NCBI GenBank assembly: GCA_041242255.1
Contig: JBESAV010000001.1
Location: 928,001 to 992,000, forward strand
Source of the DNA: Candidatus Altimarinota bacterium
GTDB taxonomy: Bacteria; Patescibacteriota; Gracilibacteria; UBA1369; GCA-2718715
Length of the DNA: 64,000 bases
Direction: 5' to 3'
How positions within the stretch are numbered: position 1 is the stretch's first letter; every line of letters starts with the position of its first letter. Below the pieces are notes generated by a model. It was not told the DNA's origin, did not search any database, and saw only the letters and a list, made by a program, of their open reading frames with translations. Made by a program: the position numbers and the translations under genes. This document shows, piece by piece, positions 10,134 through 20,360 of this stretch.

Positions 10134-11588
10134 CTATCTTTTTCTACCACCACGATTACGGCCACCTCCACCTCTTCTTCGCCTTCTTCTACCACCTGAT
10201 CTTCCTCTTCTACGAGATCTACCACTTCTACCTCCACCTTTTCTGTCTAGATCTTTTATAAATCTTGAAAGTTTTTCTCCATATACTCCAATCTTATCTG
10301 GACCATCAACGCTAAATTCATCACTAACCAGATTCAAACTAACCAACTTCATAAACATTTCTTCCAAGTCCATCTCTTTTCCAAACTGCTTTGCAAATTC
10401 AACAGCTTCCTTACTTATCTTTTGATTTCTCAAAGATTCCATCAAACTATCCAGTTTCCCTGAAGCCAATGAACCTTTCGAAGGAAGTTCGACGTAAGAC
10501 ATTCTTTCACCCACATCTTTTCTAATCTTTCTAAGATCTCTATTTTCTCTTGGTGTAACCAAAGTAATGGCTTTCCCAGATTTACCTGCACGACCAGTTC
10601 TACCAATCCTGTGTACATAACTATCTGAATCAAAAGGAATATGGAAATTAATTACATGAGTAATCTCCTCCACATCCATACCACGAGCAGCAACATCAGT
10701 TGCCACTAAAACTTCTACATCTTTATTTTTAAAACTATCTAAAACTTTTTCCCTATTTCTTTGGTCAATATCTCCATGCAAAGCCTTAGCCACATAACCA
10801 CGTCCCATCATCAAAGATGAAAGACGATCTACTTCTCTTTTAGTTCTACAGAAAATCACAACTTTATCAAAATCTTCCGCATCTAAAAGTCTGAAAACAG
10901 CATCATCACGCTCATTTTCTTCAATCACACAATAAAGCTCTTCAATACTATCATTAACTCTACGAGCATCATTATCTACCAAAGAAATATGCTCTGGATC
11001 AAACAAAATATTTCTACTCAAATTTTTAATCTTATCAGACATAGTCGCAGAAAAAAGCAGTGTCTGCCTTTTCTTAGGAGTAAAACTAATTATCTCATGA
11101 ATATCATCCGAAAACCCCATATCCAACATCTCATCTGCCTCATCCAATATCACCACTGATGGTGCAAAATCTTTAATTTTCTTACCCTTAAGAAGATCAA
11201 GCATTCTCCCCGGAGTGGCAACAACAACTTGTGCTCCTCTTCGAATATGATCAATCTGTCTTTTATAAGAACTTCCACCATAAACAGTAACAGTCTTGAT
11301 ACCAAGATTCTTACCAAAATTATACAATTCATCACTAACCTGATTTGCAAGCTCTCTCGTTGGAGTCATCACCAACACCTGCACTTCTTTTTTAGTTGAT
11401 AAATTATTTAGCACAGGCAAACCAAAAGCAGCTGTTTTACCAGTACCAGTATGTGCTTGTGCAATTAAATCTTTCCCAGCCAAAACAACCGGAATAGCTT
11501 TTTCTTGAATAGGACTCGGCTCTTTAAAGCCCATCTTATCAATACTTTCTAAAATTTCTTTTTTTAAACCTAAATTTTTAAAACTCAT
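10134..11588 (-). CDS. DEAD-box RNA helicase (DeaD/CshA-like)
   Basis: AHTGTGKT, PTRELA, TPGR, DEAD, SAT and HRIGRTGR motifs; Arg/Gly-rich C-tail. Confidence 0.95.
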   Translation of the reverse strand: MSFKNLGLKKEILESIDKMGFKEPSPIQEKAIPVVLAGKDLIAQAHTGTGKTAAFGLPVLNNLSTKKEVQVLVMTPTRELANQVSDELYNFGKNLGIKTVTVYGGSSYKRQIDHIRRGAQVVVATPGRMLDLLKGKKIKDFAPSVVILDEADEMLDMGFSDDIHEIISFTPKKRQTLLFSATMSDKIKNLSRNILFDPEHISLVDNDARRVNDSIEELYCVIEENERDDAVFRLLDAEDFDKVVIFCRTKREVDRLSSLMMGRGYVAKALHGDIDQRNREKVLDSFKNKDVEVLVATDVAARGMDVEEITHVINFHIPFDSDSYVHRIGRTGRAGKSGKAITLVTPRENRDLRKIRKDVGERMSYVELPSKGSLASGKLDSLMESLRNQKISKEAVEFAKQFGKEMDLEEMFMKLVSLNLVSDEFSVDGPDKIGVYGEKLSRFIKDLDRKGGGRSGRSRRRGRSGGRRRRRRGGGGRNRGGRKR

Positions 11589-11595
11589 ATTTTTT

Positions 11596-11685
11596 ATTAA
11601 TCGAATAGTTTTATCAACTACTCAGCATTCTTCCAGTCTAATCCTCAAGCTATCCTTTCAACAAGAATGCGATAATCCGACTAAT
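11596..11685 (-). promoter_or_regulatory. Structured 5' leader of the DEAD-box helicase gene
   Basis: Nested stems ATTAGTCGGAT/ATTCGATTAAT, TTATC/GATAA and GCATTCTT/AAGAATGC, ending 7 nt before the ATG. Confidence 0.5.
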
Positions 11686-11814
11686 TTTCTCCTTTCATTG
11701 ATTTTACGAAGCACACAGTAACACCCTTAACCATAAAACACAATAAAATTAAAATATTGCAAACAAAATAAATCCCACATGAAACTAACCTAAAGGTTTA
11801 TAGACCTTAATTTA

Positions 11815-13500
11815 CTAAAGCCCGCCACCTCTTACACTTGGCTCTCTGAATGAAAGCTCATAACTATAAGTATAATCAGGCCTTTCCTCAGCTGTATACT
11901 GACTATTTAAATATCTATTAATAGCTCTTTCAATCTCACTATCAACTATCACATTATCGGAGATTTGTTCTTTAGCTGACTCTGGCAAAGACAACCATAT
12001 ATTAAGATCATACAAGTCCTCACCTTCTACATCCAATCTCCTTACATCAGACCTAATAACATACCAACCTTGTGCAAGCTGGGACTCTAAAAACTCTCTA
12101 ACATCTTCTTCCATAGACTCAGCATCTTCATCAACTTCAGCTACATAATTCAAAGGCACCCAGCTCAACTGAAACCGAACCTCTTCAAACTCATCAAATA
12201 AATCATCTAACAACTCTTCCTTTTCAGCATCACTAAAATCTTCGTTATCCTCCAAAGCATACACAAGCCTCAACCTTACATTATCTTCTTCCCTCAAACT
12301 TTCATAATTAACCAAAACCTTTCCATCATACTCTGCAAAAGTTTTCCTTACAAAATCACCAATCATTCCCTCTAATTCCTGATTATCATCAATTTGCTTA
12401 TTCAAAGTAGCTGTTCTAATAATATCTAAATTCAAATTAACCTCCCTATCTAGTCCTGTAGAAACCAAATCAATAAATCTCTGCAAATCAGTCTCAAACA
12501 AAGTAACTTCCTCAGGCACCCTCAAGTCCAATCCAATCTCAATCTCATTTGGACTACCATTTACTTCAAGCTCACTTATCTCACCAGAAGGAATCACAAC
12601 CGCTAAAGAATTATCCAACTGATCCTCTACTGTATTATATAAGCTAATCCGAGACTGCTGAGCCTGTATACTCGCCACCAAAGGAACCGAAAGTCCAACA
12701 GTTACAACAAGTAAAAACATTCCCCTAGCAATCACACTATATGACTTTTCTTTATGCGGATGAAAACCATACAAGATAAACATTAAAACTCCCACCAAAA
12801 TAATCGCTACAATATTTGTTGTATACAAAAGCGTAGCCCCTAATGCTTTTTCAATATTTCCAAAACCAATCTGAATTCCAATTACCCCAAGCGGAGGCAT
12901 CAAGGAAGCAGCCATCGCCACCCCTGCAACACTTTGAGATAACCTCTTATAAACTAAAGCAAGTAATGCTATTACCGCAGAAAAAGCAGCTATAAACAAA
13001 TCATATATATTCGGACTCACTCTCGCCAAAATCTCTGAAGTCTCTACCTGCAAAGGCACCAGTAAAACAACAAACATAGCAATACCAACCGACAAAATAG
13101 AACTAGCCACAATCACACCCAAAGCCCTCCAAAACAAAGAACTTTTCCCTTCTGTTATAGCAAAAGCAAGAGCCTGCAAAGGTATAAATAAAGGCGCCAA
13201 AAGCATCGCTCCAATTACTACAGCAACGGAATTTTGTAGAAGCCCCAAAGTCGCAATCAAAGCTGACAATACAATCTGAGACCAATACAAAAGATCAACC
13301 TTTGAATCTTCCACCACAGTCCTAGAAATCTCTTCTTTTCCTTCATTACTTTGATCCATTAATGCAATCTTCTCAAAAGCATATGCTAATCTCTCATTCC
13401 ACTTATCCCAAAAATCTTTCCCTTTCTCATCAATGGTTTTATCTAGATCCCCCAAAACTTTATCCTCTTTTTTATCAGTATTCATATATTTTGTTATCAC
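11815..13500 (-). CDS. TIGR00341/DUF389 family membrane protein with a long C-terminal domain
   Basis: GLLQNSVAVVIGAMLLAP, EILARVSPNIYDL, GVAMAASLMPPL; the start may be the ATG at 13485. Confidence 0.88.
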   Translation of the reverse strand: MITKYMNTDKKEDKVLGDLDKTIDEKGKDFWDKWNERLAYAFEKIALMDQSNEGKEEISRTVVEDSKVDLLYWSQIVLSALIATLGLLQNSVAVVIGAMLLAPLFIPLQALAFAITEGKSSLFWRALGVIVASSILSVGIAMFVVLLVPLQVETSEILARVSPNIYDLFIAAFSAVIALLALVYKRLSQSVAGVAMAASLMPPLGVIGIQIGFGNIEKALGATLLYTTNIVAIILVGVLMFILYGFHPHKEKSYSVIARGMFLLVVTVGLSVPLVASIQAQQSRISLYNTVEDQLDNSLAVVIPSGEISELEVNGSPNEIEIGLDLRVPEEVTLFETDLQRFIDLVSTGLDREVNLNLDIIRTATLNKQIDDNQELEGMIGDFVRKTFAEYDGKVLVNYESLREEDNVRLRLVYALEDNEDFSDAEKEELLDDLFDEFEEVRFQLSWVPLNYVAEVDEDAESMEEDVREFLESQLAQGWYVIRSDVRRLDVEGEDLYDLNIWLSLPESAKEQISDNVIVDSEIERAINRYLNSQYTAEERPDYTYSYELSFREPSVRGGGL

Positions 13501-13509
13501 ATTATTATA

Positions 13510-13983
13510 TCACATTCCTTCCCATACTAAAAGAACCTCCTTTAGTTTCAAATCATAAAAATACCCACCTAGTTTCCCACCAGAAGCTACAACTCTATGA
13601 CAAGGAATTACAAATGCAAAAGGGTTTCTAGAGCATGCATTTGCTACAGCCCTGAAAGACCTAGGCCTACCAATCTCTTCAGCAACCTCCCCATAACTCC
13701 AAGCCTCACCGCGTGGTATTACACATATTTTCTTCCAAACACTTTCCTGAAACTCAGTTCCACTCCAGTTAAATCTATCTAAATGCTCAGCTACTTCTGT
13801 CTTACCTTCTACACAATCTTCTAAAAACCCTAAGTCATTCTCAGATAACTCATCACCTATCCAAACAAATTCAACCTCAGGCTTACCAGTTATTTCAAAC
13901 TTATCTAAATATATTTTCTCATATTTACCCCCAACTTTTCTAACCATCACCCAGATTCTCATTGTTGTAAAGTTAACTTTCAA
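13510..13983 (-). CDS. ogt: Methylated-DNA--protein-cysteine methyltransferase
   Basis: GTEFQESVW, IPRG, SYGEVA, RAVANAC and the active-site IPCHRVV. Confidence 0.92.
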   Translation of the reverse strand: MKVNFTTMRIWVMVRKVGGKYEKIYLDKFEITGKPEVEFVWIGDELSENDLGFLEDCVEGKTEVAEHLDRFNWSGTEFQESVWKKICVIPRGEAWSYGEVAEEIGRPRSFRAVANACSRNPFAFVIPCHRVVASGGKLGGYFYDLKLKEVLLVWEGM

Positions 13984-14042
13984 AACCTATGGTGACTATA
14001 CTCTCACCTCAATATATAATCAATTCAAACTAATTTACAAAA

Positions 14043-15293
14043 ATGAATTCTAACCTCCAAAGCCAGATCAAGTGTCCTCATTGCCAAAACCAGATAAGCT
14101 TAGACCAAGCACTCCAAGGACAACTCCAAGAACACATGCAACAAGCTATCAAAGACCAAGAAAAAGAATACAAAGCTTCCATACAAGAGCTCAACAAAAA
14201 ACTTGAATCCCAACAACAAAACCTCCAAAAAAAACATCAAGAAGAACTTCAAAAGAAAGAAAATCAGATCAAAAAAGAACTATGGGAAAAAGCTCAACTT
14301 GAAGCCAAAAAGAAACAAGACCTACAAGTAAAAACCCTCCAAGATCAAACCAAAGAGCAAGAAGAACTAATCCAAAAACTCTCCAAAGAACAATCCGAAT
14401 TACTCAAACAACAACGCCAACTTCAACAAAAAGAAAAACAACTCGAATTAGACTTACAAAAAAGACTAAACCAAGAAACCGAAAAAATACAAAAAGAACT
14501 CACCAAAAACCTCCAAGAGGAACAAGCTCTCAAAATCAAAGAAAAAGACCAACAAATGGAGCAACTTCGAAAAACAATCGAAGAACTTAAAAGGAAATCA
14601 GAACAAGGATCTCAACAAACCCAAGGTGACGCCTTAGAAAACGACATTAAAGAGATTCTTCAAAGAGAATTCTTCCAGGACAATATCGAAGATGTACCAA
14701 CCGGAATAAAAGGAGCAGACCTAATCCACAAGATCAATAACTCTCTAGGCCAACACAGCGGTACTATTCTGTGGGAGATCAAAAACACTAAAGCCTGGAA
14801 TCAAGATTGGATCAAAAAACTCAAAGACGACCAAGCCAAATCACAATCAGATCTGTGTATCATCGTATCCAGAACATTACCAGATGACATAGAAAACTTC
14901 GCCTTCCAAGATGGAGTTTGGATAACTCACACACGTTACGCTCTTGAAGTAGCTAGATTAACTCGGAAATACATTCTAGACCTATCCAATGCTAAAGAAT
15001 CACAAGCTAACAAAGGCTCCAAAATGGAACTCCTCTACGACTACCTATCATCCAAGCAATTTAAAAACAGAATTGAAAATATCGTTTCAGCATTCGACAC
15101 AATGCGTACAGATTTAGAAAAAGAAAGAAGAGCCATGGAAAGAATTTGGGCTAAAAGATCAAAAGAAATTGATCGTGTAATTCTAAACACCTCAGGTATG
15201 CACGGCGACTTCCAAGGAATAATTGGAAACTCACTCGACCACATCAACCTTCTTCAACTTGAAGAAGATGTATCGCTAGATGATATTGCTTGA
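14043..15293 (+). CDS. DUF2130 family coiled-coil protein
   Basis: N-terminal CPHC, long Q/E/K coiled coil, GSQQTQG, GADL, ILWEIKNTKAW, WIKKLKDDQ. Confidence 0.85.
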   Translation: MNSNLQSQIKCPHCQNQISLDQALQGQLQEHMQQAIKDQEKEYKASIQELNKKLESQQQNLQKKHQEELQKKENQIKKELWEKAQLEAKKKQDLQVKTLQDQTKEQEELIQKLSKEQSELLKQQRQLQQKEKQLELDLQKRLNQETEKIQKELTKNLQEEQALKIKEKDQQMEQLRKTIEELKRKSEQGSQQTQGDALENDIKEILQREFFQDNIEDVPTGIKGADLIHKINNSLGQHSGTILWEIKNTKAWNQDWIKKLKDDQAKSQSDLCIIVSRTLPDDIENFAFQDGVWITHTRYALEVARLTRKYILDLSNAKESQANKGSKMELLYDYLSSKQFKNRIENIVSAFDTMRTDLEKERRAMERIWAKRSKEIDRVILNTSGMHGDFQGIIGNSLDHINLLQLEEDVSLDDIA

Positions 15294-16681
15294 TTCTTTC
15301 TCCATACATAAGCACTCAATAGCAAAATCATCACCAAGACATATAAAGACACTAGCAAACCTCTATCTAAACCATCCAACTCTACCACTAAAAACTCCCA
15401 TCTACTCACAAGCTCAACAATCACAAAGAAAACTCTTCCTAAAATTTCAATTATAAAAACGACCAGCCACGTAAATACACCAAATGGAAAAATAAACTCC
15501 CCAAGAAAAACTAAAACTCCTAAAAACATTAAAACCGGTAAAAAAGGGGCCACCAAAACATTTGCCACCGGAGAAACCAAAGAAAAATAATCAAACTTCA
15601 AAAGTATCAAAGGAGTAGTAAAAACTTGAGCAAACATAGTCATCAAAAAAGCTTCTTTTAAACCAAGGAAGTCTTTTTCCGGATCAAAATCAATAATTTT
15701 ACCACCCATTACTACACCAATTGTAGCTAAAACAGATAAATGAAATGATGCATCGAAATACAAATAGGCAGGATTCCAAAACCCCATCATCAAAACACAT
15801 ACCAATAAAATCCTCCAAAAATTTCTCACATTACCAGACCTCACACCCCACAGTGTCAAAACACCCATTATACAAGCTCTCAAAACACTTGCAGATAACC
15901 CTGTTAAGAACGCAAATCCAACCAAACTTAAAACCTCAATATAAAATCTAGACCTCCTTGGCACCCACCAAAACAACTTTTCAATAACCAACAAAACTAA
16001 AGCCACATTATATCCAGAAACCGCAATAATATGAGTCAAACCAGTTCTGGCAAAATCATCCATTATATCCTCAGCAAAACCTCTCCTTGAACCCAAAATA
16101 ATACCATTCATCAAACTACTAACCGGCTCCAAAAGAACATCATCAAAATAACCAATAGTATAATTCTTAAAGCGTAAGATACTTTTCCTCAAATCAAAAC
16201 CACCTCTCACAAATTCAATCAATTCTCCTACACACAACCCTTCAACCTTAAAAATCCTCAAATAATTTTTATACGAAAAACCATCCTCCTCAAAAGGCTC
16301 CTCTAAAACACAATTCAAAACAACTTCATCTCCTATCTCAAACATATTCTCCAAATCATCCTTCCACAAAATCCGAGTATCAAACTCATCACTACACACC
16401 ACATACCTAACGTCATTTCGCCTAATATCAGGCTCCAAACAAATTTCACCAGAAACTATGACCACATCACCATTATCCAATACACCATCCAATTCCCCTA
16501 CTCCCATAAAACTAAAAACTCTCAAAATCACAAAACCAACTAACAACAAATACCACCAACTCAAGCTATACCCCTTACATAAAGTCAATAATAAACATAA
16601 CCCTAAAACACTCCACCAGAAAGGCACATAAAAAATTAAATAAAAACATCCAACCAAAAATACTAAAAATGTTAATTCCAA
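15254..16681 (-). CDS. comEC: ComEC/Rec2 competence protein (no metallo-beta-lactamase domain)
   Basis: GLTHIIAVSGYNV, SASVLRA, DASFHLSVLAT; multiple TM helices. Confidence 0.9.
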   Translation of the reverse strand: MELTFLVFLVGCFYLIFYVPFWWSVLGLCLLLTLCKGYSLSWWYLLLVGFVILRVFSFMGVGELDGVLDNGDVVIVSGEICLEPDIRRNDVRYVVCSDEFDTRILWKDDLENMFEIGDEVVLNCVLEEPFEEDGFSYKNYLRIFKVEGLCVGELIEFVRGGFDLRKSILRFKNYTIGYFDDVLLEPVSSLMNGIILGSRRGFAEDIMDDFARTGLTHIIAVSGYNVALVLLVIEKLFWWVPRRSRFYIEVLSLVGFAFLTGLSASVLRACIMGVLTLWGVRSGNVRNFWRILLVCVLMMGFWNPAYLYFDASFHLSVLATIGVVMGGKIIDFDPEKDFLGLKEAFLMTMFAQVFTTPLILLKFDYFSLVSPVANVLVAPFLPVLMFLGVLVFLGEFIFPFGVFTWLVVFIIEILGRVFFVIVELVSRWEFLVVELDGLDRGLLVSLYVLVMILLLSAYVWRKNQAISSSDTSSSS

Positions 16682-16820
16682 TAATTCAAACTTAGTAACA
16701 ACTCAATTTTAAATCTCACAATTTACCAAAACTTTAAAACCAAGCCACAAAAACCTAAAAAAACAAATTCTTTTTCCTAAAAGTTTGCTAGAATACACTC
16801 ACATTCTCGTAATTCAATTT

Positions 16821-18404
16821 ATGAATTTTCAAAGTCATAAAGTTCCCAAAAACAAACTTAGCAAAGAAGATAAACCTAAAAGAAAGATAAGATACAAACT
16901 GATATTGATACTTTTAATACTAATATCAGGTACCACATTTGCCTTAAAATCCGAACTACCACAAAAGGTCATTAAAGATGCAGTCGTAAACAACATAGCC
17001 AAAGAACTCAAACAAGATGAACTCGGCTACACAAACTTCCTACTCATGGGAACCGGAGGAGAAGGCCATGACGGAAGCGACCTAACAGATACTCTAATTA
17101 TAGCTTCAGTAAATCCATCAACCTCATCAAGCATCCTTACTTCAGTACCACGTGATTTATACGTATCCCATCCAGAGATTATCTCCCAAAGAATAAATAG
17201 CGTATACGCAAACCAAAAATATCAATCTTCACACCAAGAAGCAGCTCTAGTTCTCGAAGAAGTTTTAGAAGATCTTACCAATATCGATATTCACTATAAT
17301 ATAAAAATAGACTTCCAGGCCCTCGTAGAAATAGTCGACGAACTAGGTGGAGTTACAGTCGAGAACCAAGAAGCTATTTATGATCCTGAATATCCAGGAC
17401 CAAATCACACCTATCAAACCTTCTCACTACCAAAAGGTATTCAAGAACTTGATGGAGCAACAGCACTTAAATTTGCTAGAAGTAGAAAATCCACAAGTGA
17501 TTTCGACAGATCCAGACGTCAACAACAACTTATCTACGCAATGAAGGATAAAGCAATCAAAAGTAACCTAACTTCAAATCCAACCTTATTAACCAACATT
17601 TACCGAAGTGTATCCGAACATATTGAAACAAACTTAGAGCTCAGAGAAATTCTTACTTTAGCCAAACTTGCTCAAGAATTCCCAGTTGAAGGATTAGTCA
17701 ACCTACCAGTACACGATGACCCAAACCAAAAAGGAGGATTCTTATACAATCCACCAAGATCAGAATACTCCAATGCCTACGTACTTATCCCAGCAGACAC
17801 AACAAATAGCCAAATACACACCTACTTCAGCCTACATCGTAAGTACCCATTCTCAATGGAATCAAATGCAGAAATCAATCTATTCAACGGAACAGACATT
17901 AACGGCTTTGCTGGATCAGTTAAACAAAACCTAAAACGCTTTGGATTCACTGTTAACCGCACAGCCAACGCAGACAATGACCAATACGAACTTTCTCAAA
18001 TCGAAATCATTGGTCAAAATGAACTATTAGCTCAACAAGTAACAGAAAGTATAAATCAACTACTTGAAATACCAACATCTCAAATCACCTACACTCCCAT
18101 AGAACTAGATGAAAACCAAACACCTGTCCAAGAATCAGATATACTAACTGATCAAGTTACAATCAATATAACTCTAGGACAAGACCTCAAAGAAATAACT
18201 CAAAAACTCGATGTTTACTCTTCTCTAAACAGTCGAATTCAACAAGCAATCCAAGAAAACCGAGAAGCTCAAAACCCAACCGAAAGCGAAGAAGAAACAG
18301 ACGAAGAATCAACAGAACCTCAAGAAGAATCATCTGACTCAAGTGACGAAAATCAAGAAAACCCAGAAAGTACTTCTGAAACAGAAGATAATCCAACTAC
18401 ATGA
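16821..18404 (+). CDS. LCP (LytR-CpsA-Psr) family protein with a LytR C-terminal domain and acidic tail
   Basis: LTDTLI, SVPRDLYV, RINSVY, FARSRK, DFDRSRRQQ, NGTDINGFAG; ATG at 16821 preferred over TTG at 16785. Confidence 0.92.
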   Translation: MNFQSHKVPKNKLSKEDKPKRKIRYKLILILLILISGTTFALKSELPQKVIKDAVVNNIAKELKQDELGYTNFLLMGTGGEGHDGSDLTDTLIIASVNPSTSSSILTSVPRDLYVSHPEIISQRINSVYANQKYQSSHQEAALVLEEVLEDLTNIDIHYNIKIDFQALVEIVDELGGVTVENQEAIYDPEYPGPNHTYQTFSLPKGIQELDGATALKFARSRKSTSDFDRSRRQQQLIYAMKDKAIKSNLTSNPTLLTNIYRSVSEHIETNLELREILTLAKLAQEFPVEGLVNLPVHDDPNQKGGFLYNPPRSEYSNAYVLIPADTTNSQIHTYFSLHRKYPFSMESNAEINLFNGTDINGFAGSVKQNLKRFGFTVNRTANADNDQYELSQIEIIGQNELLAQQVTESINQLLEIPTSQITYTPIELDENQTPVQESDILTDQVTINITLGQDLKEITQKLDVYSSLNSRIQQAIQENREAQNPTESEEETDEESTEPQEESSDSSDENQENPESTSETEDNPTT

Positions 18405-19246
18405 TAGAAATCATATTATCCATATTTATCAATTTATTGTTCAACCCACACTCAGCTGATCTACAAGCAACTCAAGCTGAACAAATCACTCAACCAACTT
18501 TCATCTCTAGCGAAAGACCAGTTTTAACTGCTAAAAGTTATCTACTATTCGATCAAAACTCAAATTCAGTACTAATTTCCGAAAACCCTAATCAGAAACT
18601 ACCAATTGCCAGCCTAACTAAACTCATCACAGCTCACATCATTTCTCAAGAAAACGACCTTCAAGAAGTTGTAACCGTACCACTCGAAGCTACTCGAGTT
18701 GGTGGATCAACTATGTATTTAAGAGCAGGAGAAAGAATCACTATTGAAAATCTACTTAAAGGTCTTCTAATAAACTCAGCTAATGATGCAGCCATAACAC
18801 TAGCCGTTCACAACGCAGGAAGCACAGAAGAATTTGTCCAAAAAATGAACCAGTATGCTCTTGATTTAAACATGAACGATTCACACTTCAGCAATCCAAT
18901 GGGGTATGACTCACCTGAAAATTACTCAACCGCAAGCGACCTTCTTAATATAACACTACAAGTTATCCAAAACCCAAACCTCACAAACTTCGCTAATATC
19001 CAATCAACCACAGTAACCTCATCTAACGGACTCATTTCACATAATCTCAGAAATACAAATAAAGAACTACAAAACTTCCAACAAATCAACGGTCTTAAAA
19101 CTGGTACAACCAACACAGCCGGACAATGCCTAATCTCTACAACCAATCAATCCAACCCTCAAATATCCATAATTATAGGTAGCAACAGTCGTTTCCAAGA
19201 CACAAAAACTATGCTAGATTGGGCCAAAAATAACATTAAGTACTAG
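18401..19246 (+). CDS. D-alanyl-D-alanine carboxypeptidase (peptidase S11)
   Basis: SxxK (ASLTKL), SxN (SAND) and KTG motifs; ATGA overlap with the LCP gene. Confidence 0.92.
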   Translation: MIEIILSIFINLLFNPHSADLQATQAEQITQPTFISSERPVLTAKSYLLFDQNSNSVLISENPNQKLPIASLTKLITAHIISQENDLQEVVTVPLEATRVGGSTMYLRAGERITIENLLKGLLINSANDAAITLAVHNAGSTEEFVQKMNQYALDLNMNDSHFSNPMGYDSPENYSTASDLLNITLQVIQNPNLTNFANIQSTTVTSSNGLISHNLRNTNKELQNFQQINGLKTGTTNTAGQCLISTTNQSNPQISIIIGSNSRFQDTKTMLDWAKNNIKY

Positions 19247-19248
19247 TT

Positions 19249-20307
19249 ATGAACTCACAAATTTTTAACGAACTCTCTACAAACTTAACCCTAATTCTAG
19301 GATCGTCAGCATTTACTTTCCTTTTAGTTACAACTCTAACTGGACCATTCACCAGAATTTTAAAAAAATTCCAATTCGGCCAACAAATCCGTGAAGAAGC
19401 CATGGACGGAAAAGATGCAAAACTTTTTAAAGATCTTCACAAACACAAAAAAAACACCCCAACAATGGGAGGATTACTCATATGGGGGTCAATCCTAGTT
19501 TTATCAATCGTGACATTCATTCTACAAGAACTAGATATCATCCAGTACGGACTAATCAACAGAAGAGAAACATACCTTCCTTTATTTACACTTTTCTCAT
19601 TTGGACTTCTTGGACTTGTAGACGACATTTTCAATGTAAAAAAAATCGGAACAGTCAAAGGAATAAGATCTCTTCCCAAACTAACCTGGATGTTACTTCT
19701 CAGTGGATTAGGAGCTTGGTGGTTCAATACGAAACTTGGTTACAGCAGCATCGACCTACTAGGAATGAACCTAGAGCTAGGTGTATTCTACATACCTCTT
19801 TTCATTCTTTTTGTAACTGGATTTGCCAACGCTGTAAATTTTACTGATGGACTAGACGGCCTTGCAGCAGGACTATCAATCATGTCATTTGCCTCACTTG
19901 GTTTCATAGCCTTCCTGAACAGCCAATGGATACTATTCACCTTCTGTGCCAGCCTCTGCGGAGCAATAGCAGGGTTTCTATGGAACAACATACCACCAGC
20001 CAAATTCTTTATGGGTGACACCGGAGCTCTCAGCCTTGGAGCAACCATGGCCGTCACAGCTTTCATGATAGATGAAGTCCTTTTATTACTTTTCATTGGA
20101 TTTATTTTCATCATCGAGACTCTATCAGTTATCATCCAACTAACTTCAAAAAAATTACGTAATAAAAAAGTATTCCACATTGCACCACTACATCATCATT
20201 TTGAATATCTTGGATGGCCAGAGTTTCGTGTAACGATGCGTTTCTGGACCATAAGTATGTTCTCATGCATGCTTGGACTGATCCTAACTCTAGCCAACAT
20301 CATCTAA
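19249..20307 (+). CDS. mraY: Phospho-N-acetylmuramoyl-pentapeptide transferase
   Basis: KKNTPTMGG, GLVDD, NAVNFTDGLDGL, FMGDTG, APLHHHFE. Confidence 0.96.
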   Translation: MNSQIFNELSTNLTLILGSSAFTFLLVTTLTGPFTRILKKFQFGQQIREEAMDGKDAKLFKDLHKHKKNTPTMGGLLIWGSILVLSIVTFILQELDIIQYGLINRRETYLPLFTLFSFGLLGLVDDIFNVKKIGTVKGIRSLPKLTWMLLLSGLGAWWFNTKLGYSSIDLLGMNLELGVFYIPLFILFVTGFANAVNFTDGLDGLAAGLSIMSFASLGFIAFLNSQWILFTFCASLCGAIAGFLWNNIPPAKFFMGDTGALSLGATMAVTAFMIDEVLLLLFIGFIFIIETLSVIIQLTSKKLRNKKVFHIAPLHHHFEYLGWPEFRVTMRFWTISMFSCMLGLILTLANII

Positions 20308-20311
20308 AACT

Positions 20312-20345
20312 AAAAAGCCCTCTCCAATAAAGAAAGGGCTTTTTT
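20312..20345. terminator. Bidirectional terminator
   Basis: AAAAAGCCCT...AGGGCTTTTTT between convergent genes. Confidence 0.8.
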
Positions 20346-20360
20346 CATCTATAAACTATT

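Noticed and set aside
18270-18400. GAA-rich repeat-like stretches (LCP tail, RpoB tail, uL22 tail)
   Set aside because: Low-complexity protein tails, not CRISPR or tandem DNA repeats.
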